Shown: one piece after another, positions 7,768 to 14,039 of the stretch
How the letters are laid out: every line of letters begins with the position of its first letter
Position numbering within the stretch: position 1 is the first letter of the stretch
NCBI GenBank assembly: GCA_030587475.2
Contig: JAUQYZ020000067.1
Location: forward strand, 1-14,039
From: Candidatus Sigynarchaeum calidifontis
GTDB lineage: Archaea > Asgardarchaeota > Lokiarchaeia > Sigyniarchaeales > Sigyniarchaeaceae
Direction: 5' to 3'
Length of the DNA stretch: 14,039 nt
Program-made: the position numbers and the translations under genes
The notes under the pieces: generated by a model
What the model saw: only the letters and a program-made list of their open reading frames with translations
Database searches by the model: none
What the model was told of the DNA's origin: nothing

Positions 7768-8130
7768 ATGGCTGAAGAACGAGCCGGAAGGCCGAGTATT
7801 CCCGATCGCTTTCGTGAATTCTGGCAAAACACTAAGCGGATCGTGCGCGTCGCCCGCCGTCCGACGTTTCAAGAGGTTCGTCTCATCGCACGAGTAAGTG
7901 GTATCGGGATCTTGCTTGTCGGCGCGGTCGCCTATCTTCTCCAGATTCTCGGCAGTTTCACGAGCGAATTCTTCAAGCCGGAGACAACATCAACCGGCGG
8001 GGCACTCGTCGTCGTCCTCATGCATTTCGCAGCACATGTGGCGCCGGCGATCCTCCGAGCAGGTCTGAACCCGGCTCTGATCACGATGGTCGTTGGCATC
8101 ACGCTAGCCGCGATCGGCAATAAAAAATGA
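7768..8130 (+). CDS. secE: Protein translocase subunit SecE/Sec61gamma with C-terminal extension (120 aa)
   Basis: Amphipathic helix FREFWQNTKRIVRVARRPTFQE followed by TM helix IARVSGIGILLVGAVAYLLQIL, matching the archaeal SecE pattern R.L..A.KP...E...IA...G.G...G. Start taken at ATG 7768. Confidence 0.88.
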   Translation: MAEERAGRPSIPDRFREFWQNTKRIVRVARRPTFQEVRLIARVSGIGILLVGAVAYLLQILGSFTSEFFKPETTSTGGALVVVLMHFAAHVAPAILRAGLNPALITMVVGITLAAIGNKK

Positions 8131-8188
8131 GGCGGCGTGTGTCCGGTTCTTATCCAGACCTTTAATAACCGTTCTTGCAGAATACTCG

Positions 8189-8204
8189 GAAAAGGGTTTA
8201 TATT
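8189..8204 (+). promoter_or_regulatory. BRE + TATA box upstream of the mevalonate cluster
   Basis: GAAAAGGG-TTTATATT, near-consensus archaeal promoter; a second TATA-like TTTTATAA lies at 8301-8308. Confidence 0.65.
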
Positions 8205-8358
8205 AAGACCCCTTTAGAGGTCATATAGAACCACGGGCGCTCGTTGGTTCCTTTCTATTAAATCGATCGAAAAACAATGATCTATCTGTTTGATCGTGAA
8301 TTTTATAATTGATCGTGACGAACTGGCAACCTTCTCTCGAGATCGGTGATCACGTCTC

Positions 8359-9963
8359 TTGACAATCGATGATGCATTCTTTCTCAACGTGGGCATCGAT
8401 GCGGTCGGGTTTTACGCGCCCAGATTTCGTCTCTCGCTGGAGGATCTCGCCAAGAAGCGCGGTGTTGATCCGCAGAAATATCGTCAAGGCTTGCTTGCTG
8501 AAGAATTCGCCGTGCCTGATTATGGCGAGGACGCGATTTCCATGGCGATCATGGCCGCGCAGAATGCCATCGCCCGGGGAAAGATCAACCCGAAGGAGAT
8601 CGATGCGATATTCGTCGGCAGCGAGTCATTGCCATATGCCGTGAAATCTATCGCATCCATCTTGTCCGGATTCCTTAATATCCAAGAAAATGCGTTTACA
8701 GGTGACACTCTCCATGCTTGCGCAGGGGCCACGCTCGGCTTGTTGAATGCCGTTGGTCTCGTGAACAGCGGTATCATCAACAAGGCGCTGGTCATCGGGA
8801 CGGATATTTCGAAGTACCCGCTCGGCTCGTCCGGGGAAGCAACGCAAGGTGCTGGTGCCGCGGCGATGGTCATATGCAAGAACCCGCGTATCGCGCGGAT
8901 CGGGTCCAAGTTCGGCAAGGTCTCCGGGCACGTCGACGACTTTTTCAGGACGCTCTACAGCGAAAACGCGGAGGTCTTCGGGCAGTATAGCACTGTCGCA
9001 TACTTGAACTTCGTGCTCAAGGCATACGACAATTTCAAGAGCCAGGTCGGGCCTTTTCTCGCGGACTATTATGTTTTCCACGCGCCGTTTGGCAAGATGC
9101 CCATCAAGAGCTTCCAGCGCATCATGTTCGAGCGCTGGTTCGATGATCCTGTAAAAATGAAATTAATGCTTGCCAAGGCGGAGGAACGCGAGTATAGCCA
9201 GCAAGAGCGCGAGATGGTACTGTCAGGAAAGGAAGAGCTACAGATCTCGACGATCACGATGTTACGGGAGAGAGGCTTTCAGGAAAATGAAATCATCGGG
9301 CTCAACTATTTCTACAAGGACTGGCTCGCGCTGAAACTTTTGCCGTGCCTCGATGTCCCCATGCGCTTCGGTAATTGTTATTCTGCTTCCTTGTGGGCGC
9401 AACTTATGCACATTATGGAAACGCGTGTCAAGGAAAACGACATCATCTACTTCACGAGTTACGGGAGTGGGGCAACGGCGATATCGGGATTGTTCAAGAT
9501 GCAACCCGGCTTCAAGGCGCAAGTTACCCCCGGCCCAACCGTTCTTGATTACATAAAAAAGCGCCAGAGAATCCCTATAGAATATTATGAAATGTATAAA
9601 AGGGATTTAGTTCCCGGCTTCATCCACGTGGGGCACGTGAAGCCAGCGCCCGAGAACGTTTCCTTCTTAAAAATCACGCAATGCGAGCGCGGATGCGTCT
9701 TGCCTACTCAAGAAGAAATCCGCCGGTGTCCACAAGGGCATGCAGGCGTGCACGAGTACTCCTACCCGATGGTCGGCATTGTCGAGAGGATAGACGAAAT
9801 GGACGTTGAGATCGCGGATCACGTGCACGTGGATTCTGTATTCTTGATCGGCGACATCAAAGCCGGAAACCGGGTAGAACTAGCCATTCGCCGCCTAAAA
9901 GTCGATTCAGATAGCGGCTTGATTCACTGGTACCCTTGCTTCGTTAGCAGTTCAACTACTTGA
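8359..9963 (+). CDS. mvaS: Hydroxymethylglutaryl-CoA synthase with C-terminal DUF35-like Zn-ribbon/OB-fold domain
   Basis: GIDAVGFYAP, RGVDPQKY..GL, EDAISMA, GSES (catalytic E), HACAGAT (C), GEATQGAGA, DFFR, FHAPFGKM (H), GNCYSAS, SYGSG; about 100 extra C-terminal residues with CERGC..CPQGH. TTG start follows GGTGA at 8345-8349. Confidence 0.93.
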   Translation: MTIDDAFFLNVGIDAVGFYAPRFRLSLEDLAKKRGVDPQKYRQGLLAEEFAVPDYGEDAISMAIMAAQNAIARGKINPKEIDAIFVGSESLPYAVKSIASILSGFLNIQENAFTGDTLHACAGATLGLLNAVGLVNSGIINKALVIGTDISKYPLGSSGEATQGAGAAAMVICKNPRIARIGSKFGKVSGHVDDFFRTLYSENAEVFGQYSTVAYLNFVLKAYDNFKSQVGPFLADYYVFHAPFGKMPIKSFQRIMFERWFDDPVKMKLMLAKAEEREYSQQEREMVLSGKEELQISTITMLRERGFQENEIIGLNYFYKDWLALKLLPCLDVPMRFGNCYSASLWAQLMHIMETRVKENDIIYFTSYGSGATAISGLFKMQPGFKAQVTPGPTVLDYIKKRQRIPIEYYEMYKRDLVPGFIHVGHVKPAPENVSFLKITQCERGCVLPTQEEIRRCPQGHAGVHEYSYPMVGIVERIDEMDVEIADHVHVDSVFLIGDIKAGNRVELAIRRLKVDSDSGLIHWYPCFVSSSTT

Positions 9964-10005
9964 ACCCGCGTTCACTCTTTCCATTTAACCTCACTCACCA
10001 CATCG

Positions 10006-10013
10006 TTTATTAA
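10006..10013 (+). promoter_or_regulatory. Possible internal TATA box before the UbiD-family gene
   Basis: TTTATTAA about 40 nt upstream of ATG 10053, preceded by a small hairpin (TGAAC-CCGC-GTTCA, 9961-9974) and a pyrimidine tract after the synthase stop. Confidence 0.4.
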
Positions 10014-10052
10014 CCACAAGACAATAGGAGAACCAGCAACGGATGACCTACC

Positions 10053-11423
10053 ATGGAATTTCGTGAGTTCCTTTCATTCTTGAAAAAAAATGGGATGCTT
10101 ATCGAGATAGAAAAGACATGTTCCACGAACCTGGAAATCGCATACGAGATTAAAACACACGAGGGCAAACCCGTTCTTTTCACGAGCGTGAAGGGGCATA
10201 CCATCCCCGTGGCAGCGAACTTGTTCGGGTTCAGGGGCGCGTTCTCGATCGGGACGATAAGCCCGGCTGAATTGAAAGAAAAATCCGGTGCCGCCCTCTT
10301 GGGGGAGAAGCGGCTTCCCGCGACCGATCCACGTTCATTCATCAACAAGCTCTACAAGGCGATCGAAGGCCGAAAGAAACCGGAAGCGATCCTCGCAGGA
10401 CAACCCGCTCCTTGCCAGGAAATCATCGATAAGCCTGGCAATCTCGATTCGCTTCCCATCCTCAAGCACTTGCCCGGCGACGGGGGCAAGTACATCACGT
10501 CTGGCGTTGCGATCTACACGTGCCCGAAGTACGGGCGGAACATCAGCTTCCACCGCATGATGGTTCTCGACCGGAAGCGAGCGGTAACCCGGGTCGTGGA
10601 AAACCGTGGGCTCGACACGGCCATCAAGGAGAAGAAGGGCGAACCGCTCGAGGCCGCCATCGTCATCGGCAATTCCTCGCAAGTCATGATCGCGGCATCC
10701 ACGAGCCCACCGAAGGGTGTCGACGAGCTCTCCATAGCTAACGCGATCTCGCCGTTCAAAGTCGTGAAATGCCGTACTGTTGATGTCGAAGTACCGGTCG
10801 AGTCGGAGATCGTGATCGAGGGGCGTTTTCTTGAAGAGCGCGTGGATGAGGGTCCTTTCCTCGACTTGACGGGCACGTATGACATCATCCGCAAGCAGCC
10901 CGTGTTCGAGGTCACTTGCATCACGCGGCGCAAGGACGCAATCTACGAAGCTCTCAACCCGGCGAGCCTGGAACACCAGCTACTCATGGGCCTCCCCCGG
11001 GAAGCCACGATGCTTGCGGAACTCTCGAAGTTCGACTATGTCAAGGACGTGCGGATGACGGCCGGCTCTGCACACTGGTTCAACGCCGTCGTGCAAGTCC
11101 ATCGGGACAAGGAGATTGACCCCGAGAGCATCATCCAGGCGTGTTTCAAGGGGCATGGCAGCTTGAAAAACTGCACCATCGTGGATGATGACATCGATAT
11201 CGACGACCCGAACGACGTGGAATTTGCCATCACGACCCGAGCACAATTTGACAAGAACCTTTACCTGTACCCGAAGCAACAAGGAAGTTCGCTCGACCCT
11301 TCGGCAAACCAGATAACACGCGAGACGTGCAAGGTGGGCATCAACGCGACCGTCCCGCGATCGGGGCATGGTGCCGGGTACAACAAGAATTACAGCAGGA
11401 TTTCCTATTCCAACAAGGAATGA
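10053..11423 (+). CDS. UbiD-family decarboxylase, probable trans-anhydromevalonate 5-phosphate decarboxylase (prFMN-dependent)
   Basis: LPILKH..GDGG.YITSG, N.SFHRM, ESEIVIEG, EGPFLDLTGTYD, VDDDIDI.DP.DVE.AI.TR, GSSLDPS, KVGI.AT; clustered with AcnX subunits and HMG-CoA enzymes. Confidence 0.92.
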   Translation: MEFREFLSFLKKNGMLIEIEKTCSTNLEIAYEIKTHEGKPVLFTSVKGHTIPVAANLFGFRGAFSIGTISPAELKEKSGAALLGEKRLPATDPRSFINKLYKAIEGRKKPEAILAGQPAPCQEIIDKPGNLDSLPILKHLPGDGGKYITSGVAIYTCPKYGRNISFHRMMVLDRKRAVTRVVENRGLDTAIKEKKGEPLEAAIVIGNSSQVMIAASTSPPKGVDELSIANAISPFKVVKCRTVDVEVPVESEIVIEGRFLEERVDEGPFLDLTGTYDIIRKQPVFEVTCITRRKDAIYEALNPASLEHQLLMGLPREATMLAELSKFDYVKDVRMTAGSAHWFNAVVQVHRDKEIDPESIIQACFKGHGSLKNCTIVDDDIDIDDPNDVEFAITTRAQFDKNLYLYPKQQGSSLDPSANQITRETCKVGINATVPRSGHGAGYNKNYSRISYSNKE

Positions 11424-11444
11424 CGCGGTGCGAGCTGGTGACGC

Positions 11445-12707
11445 ATGACAAAAAACGATGCTGACGTGGCCATGTCGCGGATGCTCGCCGGCGAATCCGG
11501 CGAGGGCACGCAGATCGCCGCGGAGATGATAGCCGCGCTCGCGAAGATCTACGAAGCGGAAGGCTACGTGCCCATTGTTTCCGCGCAGATCGCTGGTGTA
11601 TCGTATAAAAACATCGGCGAGGCTGGTATCGAGTTCCTGGAAACGATGCGGAAAGGAGGGGCAAAAACTCGTGCTCGTGCCACGCTGAATCCTTGTGGTC
11701 TCGACCTCGAGGCATGGCGCGAGCTCGGCTTTCAAGAGCAGTTTTACAAGGATCAAAAACGTGCGCTCGACGCGTACCAGGGTCTCGGCATCGAGATGAC
11801 TTGCAGCTGCACCCCTTACTTGATAGGCAACGCGCCAGGCCTCGGCGAACACGTCGCATGGAGCGAATCATCGGCATTATCCTACGCGAATTCAGTGCTC
11901 GGGGCGCGAACCAACCGCGAGGGTGGCCCGTCCGCGCTGGCAGCGGCGATCACCGGTTTCACGGGGAATTACGGCTTGCATCTCGATAAGGAGCGGGTGC
12001 CAACCGTTCACGTTCACGTCACTTGTCCCATCGAGACATATCAGGATTTCGGCAGCTTGGGCTTGATGCTCGGGAAAAAACTCGGACAAGCCGTGCCATT
12101 CATCACGGGCATGCAACCGGGGCACTGCACGCTTGAACGGCTGCGCCAGCTCGGTGCATCGATGGCCGCGAGCGGCGCGGTCGCGCTCTACCACGTAGAT
12201 GGGGTCACACCCGAGGCACAACTTTTTTCAAAGAAGGTGGCAAGCGGCGAGATCACCACCCGTCTCATCGAAATTCCGTCGCTCGACGACGTTGCCGACG
12301 TGATCCCTTCGGATCACGAGGGACGAGCCACGGCTGTCGACCTCGTGTTTGTTGGGTGCCCGCATGCGTCGAAGGAACAAGCACTGGATATCCTCGAGTC
12401 ATTGAAAGGGATCGAGCTGAAAGCAGACTTGTGGATCGCCATGGCGCGCGAAGTGAAACGCGAGGTACTACAAAATGAGTCGCTCGTGAGAGCCATGTCC
12501 CCGCGCGTCAAGCTCGTGTCCGACACGTGCATTGTCGTTTGTCCGATCGACGATCTCGGCTATTTTTCCGTCGCCACGAACTCGGGCAAGGCATATTTCT
12601 ATCTCAAGAACAATCCAAAGCTGGCGGTTGCGCACCGCGACACAGCGGCATGCATCAACGCGGCGATTACCGGTATCGTGGCCGGCAAGCACGGGAGGGG
12701 ATCGTGA
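11445..12707 (+). CDS. Aconitase X catalytic subunit, probable phosphomevalonate dehydratase large subunit
   Basis: GVSY.NIG.AG, TLNP, CSCTPY, AWSESSA..YANSVLGARTNREGGPSALAAA.TG, GCPH, DTC.VV.P, TNSGK; mevalonate context. Confidence 0.94.
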   Translation: MTKNDADVAMSRMLAGESGEGTQIAAEMIAALAKIYEAEGYVPIVSAQIAGVSYKNIGEAGIEFLETMRKGGAKTRARATLNPCGLDLEAWRELGFQEQFYKDQKRALDAYQGLGIEMTCSCTPYLIGNAPGLGEHVAWSESSALSYANSVLGARTNREGGPSALAAAITGFTGNYGLHLDKERVPTVHVHVTCPIETYQDFGSLGLMLGKKLGQAVPFITGMQPGHCTLERLRQLGASMAASGAVALYHVDGVTPEAQLFSKKVASGEITTRLIEIPSLDDVADVIPSDHEGRATAVDLVFVGCPHASKEQALDILESLKGIELKADLWIAMAREVKREVLQNESLVRAMSPRVKLVSDTCIVVCPIDDLGYFSVATNSGKAYFYLKNNPKLAVAHRDTAACINAAITGIVAGKHGRGS

Positions 12708-13105
12708 TGGCCCGGTTAAAAGCACGCGTGATCTGTAACGGGGACGTGTCGGGGCAAGTCTTGTTCACGGACAAGCCCTTGCTCATCTACACGGGGATCG
12801 ACACGTCGACCGGCAAGATCGTGGAGCGAGGCCACCCTTTGAATGGCATTTCGGTGGCGGGCCGCATCCTCGTTTTTCCCGAGGCAAAAGGCTCGACCGT
12901 CGGGTCATGGACCCTGCTCCAGCTCAAGAAGAATGGCATCGCCCCGGCGGCAATCGTGAACCGGCTTTGCGAGCCGATCGTTGCCATCGGTGCCATCATG
13001 GCTCGCATCCCTTGCTTTGACAAGGTGGACATCACCCCCCTTCGTGACTGCAAGCAAGTGACCATCGCCGGCGGCGAGATAATCCTCAACGAAAACTTGA
13101 AATAG
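12707..13105 (+). CDS. Aconitase X swivel (DUF126) subunit, probable phosphomevalonate dehydratase small subunit
   Basis: GID..TG.I.E.GHPL.G.SVAGRILVFP..KGSTVGS, APAAIV, EPIVA.GAI.A.IP; the start overlaps the large-subunit stop (TGATG at 12705-12709). Confidence 0.94.
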   Translation: MARLKARVICNGDVSGQVLFTDKPLLIYTGIDTSTGKIVERGHPLNGISVAGRILVFPEAKGSTVGSWTLLQLKKNGIAPAAIVNRLCEPIVAIGAIMARIPCFDKVDITPLRDCKQVTIAGGEIILNENLK

Positions 13106-13133
13106 GGGTTTTAAAACGGTAACCACGTCAAAT

Positions 13134-14039
13134 TTGGACAAGCTCTACAAGAAATCGATCCAGGAACGCCTCCAAACCATCGCGAACGCATGTAACTTGC
13201 CGCCGGAGGCAGTTTCGACGCTCGAGAAGAGCATGGATCCCGCCATGGCGAAGATCCTCGATTCGATGAGCGAGAACGTGATCGGGGCATTCCAGCTCCC
13301 CCTGGGGATCGCGACCAACTTCATTATCAACGGCAAGGAGCGCCTCGTGGCCATGGCCATCGAGGAACCGTCGGTCGTGGCCGCTGCATCGAACGCTGCC
13401 CGCATCGCCCGGCCGTACGGCGGGTTCGTGGCAGACCCCGTGAAGAGCCTCATGATCGGCCAGGTGCAGCTCGTCGACGTGAACGATGCGAATGCCGCGA
13501 TCGCCACGATCAAAAAGCAAGAGAAACGAATCCTGGAAAAAGCAAACGATCAAGATCCTGTACTTGTAAAAGCCGGCGGCGGGGCGAAGCGCGTCGAAGC
13601 TTTCAAGATTGACACGAGCATCGGGGCAATGGTCGACGTGCATATCGTTGTTGACTGTTTAGATGCAATGGGTGCAAATGCCGTGAACACGATGGTCGAG
13701 AAGGTGGCACCGCTGATCGATGAAATCACTGGCGGCCGACCCCTCTTGCGCATCATCTCGAATCTAGCGGTACATCGAGTGGCTCGTGCAAGGGCAACGT
13801 TCGACAAGGAACTGCTCGGTGGTCCGGACGTGGTGGCTGCGATCATCGAAGCGGTCGAATTCGCAAACAACGACATGTACCGTGCCGCGACGCACAACAA
13901 GGGTATCATGAACGGGATTACAGCTGTTGTTCTCGCGACAGGCAATGATACCCGCGCGGTCGAGGCGGGAGCGCATGCATACGCTGCCAGATCCGGGCAG
14001 TACTCATCTCTATCAAGATATGAGATCGACAGCAACGGG
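13134..14039 (+). CDS. mvaA: Class II hydroxymethylglutaryl-CoA reductase (3' end outside window; start uncertain, TTG 13134 or ACG 13116)
   Basis: Hand translation: LYKKSIQERL, ENVIG...LPLGIA.NF.ING, MAIEEPSVVAAASNAA, MIGQVQ, GGG, DAMGANAVNT..E, RIISNL, YRAATHNKGIMNG, ATGNDTRAVEAGAHAYA. Confidence 0.96.
   Translation, partial: MDKLYKKSIQERLQTIANACNLPPEAVSTLEKSMDPAMAKILDSMSENVIGAFQLPLGIATNFIINGKERLVAMAIEEPSVVAAASNAARIARPYGGFVADPVKSLMIGQVQLVDVNDANAAIATIKKQEKRILEKANDQDPVLVKAGGGAKRVEAFKIDTSIGAMVDVHIVVDCLDAMGANAVNTMVEKVAPLIDEITGGRPLLRIISNLAVHRVARARATFDKELLGGPDVVAAIIEAVEFANNDMYRAATHNKGIMNGITAVVLATGNDTRAVEAGAHAYAARSGQYSSLSRYEIDSNG

Noticed and set aside
10053-11423. Ubiquinone or aromatic-acid decarboxylase call for the UbiD protein
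   Set aside because: The EGPFxDxTGTYD motif and adjacency to AcnX-L/S and HMG-CoA enzymes favour the mevalonate-pathway role.
10335-11852. 213-aa and 290-aa minus-strand ORFs
   Set aside because: Antisense shadows of the UbiD and AcnX genes with no family signal.
4256-12706. Extended starts given by the ORF track (4256, 5175, 7582, 12527)
   Set aside because: They overlap upstream genes; downstream ATGs at 4364, 5256, 7768 and 12707 fit motifs, RBS or stop-start coupling.
13128-14035. Minus-strand ORFs listed by the track
   Set aside because: The real gene is the plus-strand class II HMGR, omitted from the track because it lacks a stop in the window.
1-14039. CRISPR arrays, tRNA/rRNA genes, IS elements, inteins, selenocysteine recoding
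   Set aside because: No regularly spaced repeats, cloverleafs, transposase or intein motifs seen, and no in-frame TGA within the recognised genes.
1-14039. Assignment to Asgard archaea
   Set aside because: Gene content and style are compatible, but no diagnostic marker is present; phylogenetic placement is needed.

Overview
Archaeal chromosomal segment (GC-rich coding, GGTGA-type ribosome-binding sites, BRE/TATA promoters; the lineage cannot be fixed from sequence alone). Left to right: a DEAD-box RNA helicase (minus strand, runs off the window edge; missed by the ORF track); a divergent 58-aa CdrS-like ribbon-helix-helix regulator (also missed by the track); a convergent DMT/NIPA-like membrane transporter; a four-subunit 2-oxoacid:ferredoxin oxidoreductase operon (delta-alpha-beta-gamma) ending in a 602-aa fusion of a ferredoxin/FrhB(F420)-family module with a PyrK-type FAD/NAD/[2Fe-2S] module; a SecE/Sec61gamma with a hydrophobic C-terminal extension; and a modified archaeal mevalonate cluster (HMG-CoA synthase fused to a DUF35-like domain, UbiD-family anhydromevalonate-phosphate decarboxylase, AcnX large and small phosphomevalonate dehydratase subunits, class II HMG-CoA reductase, partial and missed by the track). 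The most unusual items are the FrhB-PyrK fusion and the HMGCS-DUF35 fusion. All family calls come from motif recognition by eye; no database search was run.
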